A stretch of 64,000 nt of DNA from Roseomonas sp. (lineage in GTDB: Bacteria > Pseudomonadota > Alphaproteobacteria > Acetobacterales > Acetobacteraceae), in contig JBHYEQ010000002.1 in NCBI GenBank assembly GCA_051860065.1, forward strand, positions 277,773 to 341,772, in the 5' to 3' direction. The position numbers were made by a program, and so were the translations under genes. Below are positions 9,241 to 18,088 of the stretch, in pieces. Each line of letters begins with the position of its first letter. Positions within the stretch are counted from its first letter, which is position 1. The notes below the pieces were generated by a model. It had not been told where the DNA came from. It saw nothing but the letters and a program-made list of their open reading frames with translations, and did not search any database.

Positions 9241-9900
9241 ATGGCCGAGGCGACGCTGCTGATCACGAGCCGCAACTACTCCTCCTGGTCGCTGCGCGGC
9301 TTCCTGCTGTGCCGGCTCTCGGGCATCGACTTCGTGGCCGAGACCATTTCCCCGGACGACCCGATTGCGCGCGAGGAATTGCTGCTGCGTTCCTCCTCCA
9401 TCCGCTATCCGCGCCTCGAACATGGCGATGTGCGCGTGTGGGACGTGCTGGCGATCGCCGAATACCTGAACGAAATCCGCCCCAAGGCGGGCATGCTGCC
9501 GGCCGAACCCGGCGCGCGCGCGCTGTGCCGGTCGATCAGCGGGGAGATGCATTCGGGCTTCGCCGCGCTGCGCTCCGCGCTGCCGATGAACCTCAAGCTG
9601 ACGCGCAGCGGCTTCCCGATCTGGTCCGCCCCGCGCGCCGACATCGCGGCGATCGAGGCGATCTGGCAGGACTGCATCGCACGGTCCGGCGGCCCATGGC
9701 TGTTCGGCGCCGCGCCGACCATCGCGGATGCGATGTATGCGCCGGTGGCGACGCGGCTGCGGACCTATGGCGTCACGCTGGGAGCCGCCGGCGCGGCCTA
9801 TATGGCGCATGTGCTGGCCTGGCCCGACCTTGTGGAATGGGCCGACGCGGCGCGCTACGAGCCCGAGGAAGAGATCGCCGAGCTCGAAGTCGAGTTCTGA
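9241..9900 (+). CDS. glutathione S-transferase family protein
   Basis: NYSSWSLRG, VWDVLAIAEYL, EMHSGF.ALR, TIADAMYAPV. Confidence 0.9.
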   Translation: MAEATLLITSRNYSSWSLRGFLLCRLSGIDFVAETISPDDPIAREELLLRSSSIRYPRLEHGDVRVWDVLAIAEYLNEIRPKAGMLPAEPGARALCRSISGEMHSGFAALRSALPMNLKLTRSGFPIWSAPRADIAAIEAIWQDCIARSGGPWLFGAAPTIADAMYAPVATRLRTYGVTLGAAGAAYMAHVLAWPDLVEWADAARYEPEEEIAELEVEF

Positions 9901-9951
9901 CGTCACGGCGCGCCGGGCGCCGCGTCGCGCCTGCACGGCGCGCCGCCCGCT

Positions 9952-10395
9952 TCAGCCGACCTTGGCACCCTCCGGCCAGGGCGTCGGTGCCGGCACGTCG
10001 CAGGGGCCTTCGGCATCCATGCTGCCGAAATCGGCCGGCCCGACCACCTCCAGGTATTCCATGTCGGGCGAGTAATCATACAGGTAGTGCACGATGCCCG
10101 GGCGCTGGTGGACGCAGTCGCCGGCCTCGACCAGCGTGATCTTGTCCTCGTACATGAACTTGGCCCAGCCCTTCGTCATGAAGACGATCTGGAACTCGGC
10201 CTGGTGGGTGTGCCAGCCGGTGCCTTTCTCGGGGGCCTCGTTGGCGCGGACCAGGTGGGCGATGACGCGCCCGCCGGTCGCCGCCGCGACGCCGAGGTCG
10301 CGATAGGCGAAGAAGGACCGCAGCCCGTCCGTGCGCCACGGCACCTCGTTGGACTTCACATGGCTGAAGAGATTGACCTGGGGCGTGTCGAGCAT
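9952..10395 (-). CDS. cupin domain protein
   Basis: GWHTH...FQIVFM.KG and GDCVHQRPGIVH cupin motifs. Confidence 0.85.
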   Translation of the reverse strand: MLDTPQVNLFSHVKSNEVPWRTDGLRSFFAYRDLGVAAATGGRVIAHLVRANEAPEKGTGWHTHQAEFQIVFMTKGWAKFMYEDKITLVEAGDCVHQRPGIVHYLYDYSPDMEYLEVVGPADFGSMDAEGPCDVPAPTPWPEGAKVG

Positions 10396-10604
10396 GGGCG
10401 CAGGCCTCCTGCTGGCGCCGGGCGAGGGGCCGGGCGCGGTTGACGGCCGTGGTGCGTGGCATTCCTCAGGCGCACCAGCACACGCCCTTCGCGGCGCAAA
10501 AGCAACGGTAATTGCTGCGCTGCGGCATGCGCCGCGTGACCGGGGACACGGCGGCCGGAGGCGCTGGATGCCCAAAGATCGCCTGTCGAATGGGAGCCCC
10601 GGCC

Positions 10605-10745
10605 ATGGTGCCACTCGCGCAATTCGCCTTCGTCCTGGTCCTGGCGGCCATGCCGGTCCTGCTGGTCACCTCACTCGCCCGGCCGGCGCGGCCGCGGCGC
10701 GGCGGCGACCCGGTTGCCTTCCCGCTGCGCCGCAGGCTCGGCTGA
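10605..10745 (+). CDS. putative 46-aa single-pass membrane protein
   Basis: MVPLAQFAFVLVLAAMPVLLVTSLA hydrophobic stretch followed by a basic tail; GGGAG upstream. Confidence 0.4.
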   Translation: MVPLAQFAFVLVLAAMPVLLVTSLARPARPRRGGDPVAFPLRRRLG

Positions 10746-10814
10746 ACCCGCCGGCCTTCTCGCAGCGCGGCCGAACGCCCATACTCCGCCACGAAAAGTG
10801 GTGGAGAGAACGTC

Positions 10815-13199
10815 ATGACAGTGCAGGGCAAGGGCCGTCGCCTGGACACGCCGGATGGGGCGCGACGCGTCGAGATCCTGCATGCGCTGGAACGCAAGCT
10901 GCTTTGGCTCAGCGCCTGGATGATCCACCACGCCAACCATATCCGCCCGAACCGCGACGGGCTGAAGGTGGGCGGCCACCAGGCGTCCTGCGCGTCGTCG
11001 GTGTCGATCCTCTCGGCGCTGTATTTCGGCATCCTGAAGCCGGCCGACCGGGTGGCGGTGAAGCCGCATGCCGGGCCGGTCTTCCATGCCATCAACTACC
11101 TGCTCGGCCGGCAGGACCGCGAACGCCTGTCCACGCTGCGTGCCTTCGGCGGCATCCAGCCCTATCCATCCCGCGTGAAGGACGGGGCAGAGGTGGATTT
11201 CTCCACGGGCTCGGTGGGCCTGGGCGTGGCGCTCGCATCCTTCGGGTCGCTGGTGCAGGACTATGTGCGGCTGCACGAACTGGCCCCCGAGGGGCTGCCC
11301 GCCGGCCGGCACGTCGCGGTGGTGGGCGATGCGGAACTCGACGAGGGCAACATCTACGAAGCCCTGCTGGAAGGCTGGAAGCACGACATCCGCAATGTCT
11401 GGTGGGTGGTGGACTACAACCGCCAGTCGCTCGATTCCGTGGTGCCCGACCGGCTGTTCGGCCGCATCGAGGGCCTGTTCCGCGACATGGGCTGGAACGT
11501 CGTCACCATCAAATACGGCCGCAAGCTGGAAGCCGCCTTCGCGCGCCCGGATGGCGAGCATCTGCGCCGCTGGATCGATGACTGCCCCAACAGCCTCTAT
11601 GCCGCACTGACCTTCCAGGGCGGGGCGGCCTGGCGCTCGGCGGTGCTGGCGGAACTCGGCCGCATCGAGGGCATCCGCGCCATCATCGACCCGCTGACCG
11701 ATGATGAATTGGCGACGCTGATGACCAACCTCGGCGGCCACGACATCGAGACGCTGGCCGATGCCTTCCGCGCCCAGGATGCCGAGGGCGACCAGCCGAC
11801 CTGCTTCATTGCCTATACCGTGAAGGGAATGGGCCTGCCCTTCGCCGGCCACAAGGACAACCATTCCGGCCTGATGACCAAGGAGCAGATGGGCAGCTTC
11901 CGCGAGGCGATGCGCATCCGTCCCGGCCATGAATGGGATCTGTTCGAGGGCCTCGACATCCCCGAGGCGGAGCTGCGGGATTTCCTGGCGCAGGTGCCCT
12001 TCGCGCAGCTCTTGACGCCGGCCGGGCGCCGGTTGTCGTCGCCCACCATCCATGTTCCGGCGGTGATCGCCGCGCCCAAGGTGGGCGAGGGTCGCAAGCA
12101 ATCCACCCAGGCGGCCTTCGGCGACATCCTCGCCGAGATCGGCCGCGGCAACGGCGAATTCGCCGAGCTGTCGAAGCGCATCGTCACCACCAGCCCGGAT
12201 GTGACGGTGTCCACCAACCTCGGCCCCTGGGTCAATCGCCGCGGCATCTTCGACCGGCACAAGAAGAACGACGTGTTCCGCGACGCGAAACTGGCCTCCG
12301 CGCAGCGCTGGGGCATGTCGCCGGAAGGCCAGCATGTCGAACTGGGCATCGCCGAGCAGAACCTGTTCCTGGTGCTGGCGGGGTTGGGGCTGGCCGATCG
12401 GTTGTATGGCGCGCGGCTGCTGCCGATCGGCACGGTGTACGACCCCTTCGTCAACCGCGGCCTCGATGCGCTGATCTATGCCTGCTACCAGGATGCGCGC
12501 TTCCTGCTGGTCTCCACGCCGTCCGGGCTGACGCTGGCGCCGGAAGGCGGGCAGCACCAGTCGGTGAACACGCCGCTGATCGGCATGGCGGCGGATCGAT
12601 TGGCGAGCTTCGAACCGGCGCATGCGGATGAACTCGCCATCCTGCTGCGCCACGCCTTCGATCACATGCAGAAGCCGGATGGCTCGGCGGTCTGGCTGCG
12701 GCTGTCCACGCGCGGGCTGGAGCAGCCGGCGCGCGTGCTGGACCCGGCCGCGGTGGTCGCCGGCGGGCATTGGGTGGTGGAGCCGGGGCAGGGCGCGCGC
12801 ATCGCCATCGCCTACCAGGGTTCGCTGGCGCCCGAGGCTGTCGCCGCGTTCGAGGAATTGCGCAGCGAGGAACCGACAGCCGGTCTGCTCGCCATCACCA
12901 GCCCTGACCGGATGCATGCGGAATGGCTCGCGGCGCGCCGGTCCGCGCGCAACGGCACGCGTGTGGAATCGCATGTGGAGCGACTGCTCGCACCCCTGGC
13001 GCGCAATGCCGCGCTGGTCACGGTGCTGGACGGCCACCCGGCGGCGCATGCCTGGATGGGCGCGGTGCGCGGCCAGCGCGTGGTGCCGCTCGGCGTGGAC
13101 CGCTTCGGGCAGGCGGGCGATATCCCGGACCTCTACCGCGAATACGGGCTGGATTCCGACGCGATCCTGGATGCCTGCGCCGAGGCGCTGCTGGGCTAG
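10815..13199 (+). CDS. TPP-dependent AceE/transketolase-like enzyme (pyruvate dehydrogenase E1-like)
   Basis: KVGGHQASCAS, DFSTGSVGLG, TPP motif GDAELDEGN, YNRQSLD, ELGIAEQN, EGGQHQS. Confidence 0.85.
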   Translation: MTVQGKGRRLDTPDGARRVEILHALERKLLWLSAWMIHHANHIRPNRDGLKVGGHQASCASSVSILSALYFGILKPADRVAVKPHAGPVFHAINYLLGRQDRERLSTLRAFGGIQPYPSRVKDGAEVDFSTGSVGLGVALASFGSLVQDYVRLHELAPEGLPAGRHVAVVGDAELDEGNIYEALLEGWKHDIRNVWWVVDYNRQSLDSVVPDRLFGRIEGLFRDMGWNVVTIKYGRKLEAAFARPDGEHLRRWIDDCPNSLYAALTFQGGAAWRSAVLAELGRIEGIRAIIDPLTDDELATLMTNLGGHDIETLADAFRAQDAEGDQPTCFIAYTVKGMGLPFAGHKDNHSGLMTKEQMGSFREAMRIRPGHEWDLFEGLDIPEAELRDFLAQVPFAQLLTPAGRRLSSPTIHVPAVIAAPKVGEGRKQSTQAAFGDILAEIGRGNGEFAELSKRIVTTSPDVTVSTNLGPWVNRRGIFDRHKKNDVFRDAKLASAQRWGMSPEGQHVELGIAEQNLFLVLAGLGLADRLYGARLLPIGTVYDPFVNRGLDALIYACYQDARFLLVSTPSGLTLAPEGGQHQSVNTPLIGMAADRLASFEPAHADELAILLRHAFDHMQKPDGSAVWLRLSTRGLEQPARVLDPAAVVAGGHWVVEPGQGARIAIAYQGSLAPEAVAAFEELRSEEPTAGLLAITSPDRMHAEWLAARRSARNGTRVESHVERLLAPLARNAALVTVLDGHPAAHAWMGAVRGQRVVPLGVDRFGQAGDIPDLYREYGLDSDAILDACAEALLG

Positions 13200-13609
13200 G
13201 GTAGGACCGCCAGGCCACGCGATGACGCGGCGTCGCGCAAGGCGCGGTCGCGCGTGGCGAGCGGCAGCGCGAGCCGTTCGGCAAGTTCGAGGTAGCTCGC
13301 GTCATGCACCGTGAGCCGGAGCTCCGCCGCAAGGCCGATCAGCCCGGCCCAATCCAGCCCTTGCGGCGCGGGATGCGTTTCGGTTGGCAGGCGGGCAAGC
13401 CGTTGCAGAAGCGCCGGGATCCGCCCGGGCAGGAGCCGCTTCCGGCTTTCCGCCTGGAGCAGCACGTTGGCAACCTCGTAGTGCCACAGGGCTGGCACGG
13501 CCGCGCCGTCGCGCGCCGTGCGGTCGAGCAGCGCATCGGTCTCGGGTGCCGCCTCGTCCTCGAACAGCCAGGCGACCGCGACCGAACAGTCGAGCACCAG
13601 CGCGCTCAC
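13196..13609 (-). CDS. vapC: type II TA toxin, VapC/PIN domain
   Basis: LVLDCSVAVAW, LWHYEVANVL, LTVHDASYLELA, LATRD. Confidence 0.92.
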   Translation of the reverse strand: MSALVLDCSVAVAWLFEDEAAPETDALLDRTARDGAAVPALWHYEVANVLLQAESRKRLLPGRIPALLQRLARLPTETHPAPQGLDWAGLIGLAAELRLTVHDASYLELAERLALPLATRDRALRDAASSRGLAVLP

Positions 13610-13845
13610 CGTCGCCCTTCGTCACGCATTGCCTTCCAATCCAGCCCATCCAGCCGGTTGGCGCGCCGCAATCCGCGCAACTCCTCCGCCGCGCGCTGCG
13701 CGTCCTCCCCATCAGGGGTGACGGGCACGATGCGGGCGACAGGCCTGCCGCGGCGGGTGATGGTGATGGCCTCGCCATGCTCGACGCGATCGAGCAGATC
13801 GCCCAACCGCGTCTTGGCGTCGAAGGCGCCGATGCTGCGTGTCAT
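13606..13845 (-). CDS. type II TA antitoxin, Phd/YefM family
   Basis: IGAFDAKTRLGDLLDRVEHGEAITITRRGRPVARIVP; 4-nt overlap with the toxin gene. Confidence 0.92.
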   Translation of the reverse strand: MTRSIGAFDAKTRLGDLLDRVEHGEAITITRRGRPVARIVPVTPDGEDAQRAAEELRGLRRANRLDGLDWKAMRDEGRR

Positions 13846-13851
13846 GCGAAC

Positions 13852-13880
13852 AAACTAGTCTTGTAAACCAGTCGTTTCAA
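13852..13880 (-). promoter_or_regulatory. sigma70-type promoter of the TA operon with operator repeats; likely leaderless mRNA
   Basis: minus strand TTGAAA-N17-TAGTTT, 6 nt before ATG; GACTGGTT/GACTAGTT repeats overlap the promoter. Confidence 0.65.
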
Positions 13881-13896
13881 GGATGACGCGCATGGC

Positions 13897-13931
13897 AAAA
13901 CGGGGCGCAGCCGTCGCCGGCTGCGCCCCGT
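13897..13931 (-). terminator. intrinsic terminator of the DUF2171 gene
   Basis: CGGGGCGCAGCCG/CGGCTGCGCCCCG stem followed by TTTT on the minus strand. Confidence 0.75.
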
Positions 13932-13935
13932 CCGG

Positions 13936-14187
13936 TCAGCGCTGCTGGCGCTGCTCGCCCTGGCCGGCCTGCTGCTGCTGCTTCGCCTGCGAAGCCGAGC
14001 AGTTCAGCTGGACCTGCTGACCCGCCACGCCCTGCACCGCCTGCAGGGGCAGGTAGTGGTGCTGCTGGTCGGCACCCTTGGTCAGCTTGATGCGGTCGCC
14101 CTCGACGCGGTCGACCGTGCCGACGCGCTGGCCGTCATTGCCGACGACGTCCATGTGCTCGCGGATCTGGTTGGCGTGTGCGTTCAT
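13936..14187 (-). CDS. DUF2171 family protein
   Basis: IREHMDVVGNDGQRVGTVDRVEGDRIKLTK...HHYLPL. Confidence 0.85.
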   Translation of the reverse strand: MNAHANQIREHMDVVGNDGQRVGTVDRVEGDRIKLTKGADQQHHYLPLQAVQGVAGQQVQLNCSASQAKQQQQAGQGEQRQQR

Positions 14188-14381
14188 TGCGTTCTCTCCT
14201 TGTCTTGGGGCCCGTCTTGCGGTGCCGTCCAAGGAACGCCCGGACAGGGCAGGGGATGCGGGTGCGCGCGCAACCGTGTTGTAACCGCGCTGGCCTGCCG
14301 CTCGGCCCCCGGCACCCAAACCGCCTTGGAAACCCCGCGATCCTGCGCTAAACCCCCGCCCCTGCCGCCCTAAGGCGCCTT

Positions 14382-14466
14382 GCGGGCGTGGTGGAACTGG
14401 CAGACACGCCGGATTTAGGTTCCGGTGGCGCAAGCCGTGGGGGTTCGAATCCCTTCGCCCGCACCA
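14382..14466 (+). tRNA. tRNA-Leu (anticodon TAG)
   Basis: acceptor GCGGGCG/CGCCCGC plus ACCA, anticodon arm CCGGA-TTTAGGT-TCCGG, long variable arm, GGTTCGAAT T-loop. Confidence 0.97.
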
Positions 14467-14506
14467 AAGGCGCCGCTGGTTTTCTCTAGCTGTTGGAAGT
14501 CTCTCG

Positions 14507-16345
14507 ATGCAGGTCACCGAGCTCGCGAATGACGGGCTGAAGCGCGCCTATTCCGTCATCGTCACCGCGGGCGACATCGCCACCACGCGCGACAAGCGCC
14601 TGGCGGAGATCGCCAAGACCGTCTCCATGCCCGGCTTCCGCCCCGGCAAGGTGCCGATGTCGGTGGTCAAGCAGCGCTACGGCGCCGCCGTGCTGGGCGA
14701 GGTGCTGGAACAGCAGGTGTCCGACGCCTCCCGGCAGGTGGTGACCGACCGCGGCCTCAAGCCCGCGCTGCAGCCCAAGATCGACATCGTGAACTTCGCC
14801 GAGGGCGCGGATCTCGAATTCCGCATGGACCTCGAGGTGCTGCCCGAGGTGCCGATGCCCGAATTCGCCGGCATCGAGCTCGAGCGCCTCAAGACCGAGC
14901 CGACGGATGAGGCGATCGACAAGGCGCTGGCCTCGATCGCCGAGCGCAACGGCACCCTGGAAGATGCCGAGCCGCGCGCCGCCGGCAATGGCGACATCCT
15001 GGTGTGCGACTTCACCGGCCGCCTGCCGCAGAACCTGCTGAAGAACGGCGTGGGCCTCGGCGCGCGCCCCGGCAGCCCGGGCGAGGTGCCGACCGAGTGG
15101 TCGGTCGATGTCTCCGGCGGCCTCGCGCATGAAGTGGCGGCGATCGGCTCCGAGCGCGGCCTGCCCTATTTCGACGCGAAGGTGACGGGCACCGCGAGCG
15201 AGGCCGGCTTCATCCGCATCTTCGCCGCGCGCCCGAATGGCCTCGCGGCCAAGCCGGGCGCCGTCTACACGCTGTCCGTGCAGGCGCATGTCGCCGCCGG
15301 CGCGCTGCCGCAGGGCGCGATGGCGCAGTTCGGCTTCAATGAGCGCTCGGCGGATGCCTTCCTGCGCTCGACCCGGGCCAATTGCAGCCTGAACGCGCAT
15401 GGCGACCGCGCGACCTTCACGCTGACCGACGATGCAGCGCTGGCCTTCGCCCGCCCGGTGATCGACATCGCCTTCCCGTCCGGCGCCACGGTGGACCTGA
15501 CGCTGCGCGTCGGCCCGATGCGCGTGGTGGCCGGCGCCGAGGAAGGCGAGGCCCCGGCCTTCGCCGGCGGCGCCGCGACGGACATGCCCATCGAGGTCGG
15601 CGGCCAGGGCTTCATCCCCGGCTTCACCGAGCAGATGGTCGGCATGGCCCCGGGCGACAGCCGCGACATCGACGTGACCTTCCCGGCCGACTACGGCTCG
15701 GCCGACCTGGCCGGCAAGCATGCCCGCTTCACCATCGCCGCCAAGGCGCTGAAGGCGCGCAAGCCGGTCGCGATCGACGACGACCTCGCCAAGGCCGTCG
15801 GCATGGCCGACCTGGCGGCGCTGAAGGATGCGATTCGCGGATCGCTGCAGCGCGAATACGACGCGCTGTCGCGCATGAAGGTGAAGCGCGCGCTGCTGGA
15901 CCAGCTGGCCGACCGCGCCTCCTTCCCGGTGCCGGAAGGCATGGTCGAGGCCGAGTTCGCGCAGATCTGGCAGCGCGTCGAGGCCGACCTCAAGGCCGGT
16001 CGGCTCGATGCCGACGACCAGGGCAAGGACGAGGAAACGCTCAAGGCCGAATACCGCACCATTGCCGAGCGCCGCATCCGCTTGGGCCTGATGCTGTCGG
16101 AGATCGGCCGGGCCAACAACGTCCAGGTCGGCCAGGACGAGATGACCCGCGCCGTGCGCCAGGAGGCCTCGCGCTATCCCGGCCAGGAGCAGCAGGTGCT
16201 GGAGTTCTTCCGCAAGAACCCGCAGGCCGCCGAGAATCTCCGCGCGCCGATCTTCGAGGAGAAGGTCGTCGACTTCATGCTGGAACTGGCGAAGGTGAAT
16301 GACCGCCAGGTGACGCCCGAGGAGCTGAGCGCCTCGGTCGCCTGA
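14507..16345 (+). CDS. tig: trigger factor with a ~170-aa internal insertion
   Basis: ribosome-binding motif PGFRPGKVP, FKBP motif GGQGFIPGFTEQMVGM and VTFPADY..LAGK.A.F, C-terminal RRIRLGL and LRAPIFEEKVVD. Confidence 0.95.
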   Translation: MQVTELANDGLKRAYSVIVTAGDIATTRDKRLAEIAKTVSMPGFRPGKVPMSVVKQRYGAAVLGEVLEQQVSDASRQVVTDRGLKPALQPKIDIVNFAEGADLEFRMDLEVLPEVPMPEFAGIELERLKTEPTDEAIDKALASIAERNGTLEDAEPRAAGNGDILVCDFTGRLPQNLLKNGVGLGARPGSPGEVPTEWSVDVSGGLAHEVAAIGSERGLPYFDAKVTGTASEAGFIRIFAARPNGLAAKPGAVYTLSVQAHVAAGALPQGAMAQFGFNERSADAFLRSTRANCSLNAHGDRATFTLTDDAALAFARPVIDIAFPSGATVDLTLRVGPMRVVAGAEEGEAPAFAGGAATDMPIEVGGQGFIPGFTEQMVGMAPGDSRDIDVTFPADYGSADLAGKHARFTIAAKALKARKPVAIDDDLAKAVGMADLAALKDAIRGSLQREYDALSRMKVKRALLDQLADRASFPVPEGMVEAEFAQIWQRVEADLKAGRLDADDQGKDEETLKAEYRTIAERRIRLGLMLSEIGRANNVQVGQDEMTRAVRQEASRYPGQEQQVLEFFRKNPQAAENLRAPIFEEKVVDFMLELAKVNDRQVTPEELSASVA

Positions 16346-16370
16346 CCAAGGCCTGCGCAAGGGTTCCGAG

Positions 16371-16402
16371 AGGGGCGGCCGGTCCACCGGCTGCCCCTTT
16401 TT
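16371..16402 (+). terminator. intrinsic terminator after tig
   Basis: AGGGGCGGCCGG-TCCA-CCGGCTGCCCCT followed by TTTT. Confidence 0.8.
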
Positions 16403-16562
16403 CGTGCAGGAACGGCGGCCCGGACGCCATGCAGCCCGTGCGTCATGGAAATTCATGCGCCAAGCGCGGGCCTGCCTTGCGCGGCGCACCGCGCCTCGCC
16501 TACACCGCAGTATCGAAGTGCGATCGGCCATCCAGGCCGGCGGGTAGGGGAGCGGTTCAAGC

Positions 16563-17324
16563 GTGTCCGACGCGATTCTGGAAACCAGTGGCCTGACGAA
16601 GGAGTTCCGCGGCTTCGTCGCCGTGAACGACGTGAACCTGTCGGTGAAGCGCGGCAGCATCCATGGGCTGATCGGCCCGAACGGCGCGGGCAAGACCACC
16701 TGCTTCAACCTGCTCACCAAGTTCCTTCTGCCGACGCGCGGCACCATCCGCTACGACGGGCGGGACATCACCGGCATGAAGCCGGCGGAGATCGCACGGC
16801 TGGGGCTGGTGCGGTCCTTCCAGATCTCGGCGGTCTTCCCGCATCTGTCGGTGCTGGAGAATGTGCGCGTCGCGTTGCAGCGCCAGCGCGGCGGGTCGTT
16901 CGACTTCTGGCGTTCGGACAGCGTGCTGCGGTCCTACGATGCGCGGGCGCGCGAGTTGCTCGACGATGTCGGGCTGTCCACCTATGCGAACCTCACCGCC
17001 GGCGAATTGCCCTATGGGCGCAAGCGCGCGCTGGAGATCGCCACCACGCTGGCGCTCGAACCCACCATGCTGCTGCTCGACGAGCCCACCGCGGGCATGG
17101 CGCATGACGACGTGGACCGCATCGTGACACTGGTGCGGCGCGTGGCGGCCGGGCGCACGGTGCTGCTGGTCGAGCACAACCTCAAGGTGGTCTCGGGCCT
17201 GTGCGACACCATCACGGTGCTGGCGCGCGGCTCCGTCCTGGCCGAGGGCGACTACGCCACCGTGGCCCGCAACCCCGAGGTCATCGCCGCCTACCTTGGC
17301 ACCGAGGTTTCCGAGCATGTCTGA
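16563..17324 (+). CDS. HAAT ABC transporter ATP-binding protein (LivG-like)
   Basis: GPNGAGKT, LPYGRKRALEIA, LLLDEPTAG; GTG start. Confidence 0.92.
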   Translation: MSDAILETSGLTKEFRGFVAVNDVNLSVKRGSIHGLIGPNGAGKTTCFNLLTKFLLPTRGTIRYDGRDITGMKPAEIARLGLVRSFQISAVFPHLSVLENVRVALQRQRGGSFDFWRSDSVLRSYDARARELLDDVGLSTYANLTAGELPYGRKRALEIATTLALEPTMLLLDEPTAGMAHDDVDRIVTLVRRVAAGRTVLLVEHNLKVVSGLCDTITVLARGSVLAEGDYATVARNPEVIAAYLGTEVSEHV

Positions 17325-18063
17325 CGCCATCGCCACCCTGCCGATCGCCGCCCAGGATGGCGGTGCGCCCCTGCTGGTCGTGAAGGGCCTCGAGGCCTGG
17401 TACGGCGAGAGCCATGTGCTGCACGGCGTCACGCTCGACATCCACGAGGGCGAGGTGGTTACGCTGCTCGGGCGCAACGGCGCGGGCAAGACCACCACGC
17501 TGCGCTCCATCATGGGGCTGGTGCCCAAGCGCTCCGGGTCGGTGCATTACGCGGGGCGGGAGCTGATCGGCGCACGGTCGGACGTCATCGCGCGATCGGG
17601 CATCGCCTATTGCCCGGAGGAGCGCGGCATCTTCGCCTCGCTCGACGTCACCGAGAACCTGATGCTGCCCCCGGTGGTCCGCCCCGGCGGGCTGCCGGTT
17701 AGCGAAATCTACGAGCTGTTCCCCAACCTCAAGGAACGCGCGCGCAGCCAGGGCACCAAGCTTTCGGGTGGCGAGCAGCAGATGCTGGCGATCGGGCGCA
17801 TCCTGCGCACCGGCGCGAAGCTGCTGCTGCTGGACGAACCCTCCGAAGGCCTCGCACCCGTCATCGTCCAGCAGATCGGGCGCACCATCCGCGAATTGAA
17901 GCGCCGCGGCTTCACCGTGCTGCTGGTCGAGCAGAATTTCCGCTTCGCGCAGACCGTGGCGGACCGTCACTACGTGATGGAACACGGCCGCGTGGTCGAC
18001 ATGGTCCGCAACGCGGAACTCGAATCCTCGATGGACCGGCTGCACCAGTATCTCGGCGTCTGA
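17317..18063 (+). CDS. HAAT ABC transporter ATP-binding protein (LivF-like)
   Basis: GRNGAGKTT, LSGGEQQML, LLLDEPSEGLAP. Confidence 0.92.
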   Translation: MSDAIATLPIAAQDGGAPLLVVKGLEAWYGESHVLHGVTLDIHEGEVVTLLGRNGAGKTTTLRSIMGLVPKRSGSVHYAGRELIGARSDVIARSGIAYCPEERGIFASLDVTENLMLPPVVRPGGLPVSEIYELFPNLKERARSQGTKLSGGEQQMLAIGRILRTGAKLLLLDEPSEGLAPVIVQQIGRTIRELKRRGFTVLLVEQNFRFAQTVADRHYVMEHGRVVDMVRNAELESSMDRLHQYLGV

Positions 18064-18088
18064 CGCCGCGCCTCCAGGAGACCTGCTC

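Noticed and set aside
14382-14466. tRNA-Leu as an integration site of an island
   Set aside because: No integrase and no duplicated tRNA 3' end (att) were seen; the flanks look native.
15026-15540. tig insertion as an intein or homing endonuclease
   Set aside because: It does not start with Cys/Ser, has no terminal His-Asn followed by Cys/Ser/Thr, and shows no LAGLIDADG or HNH motif.
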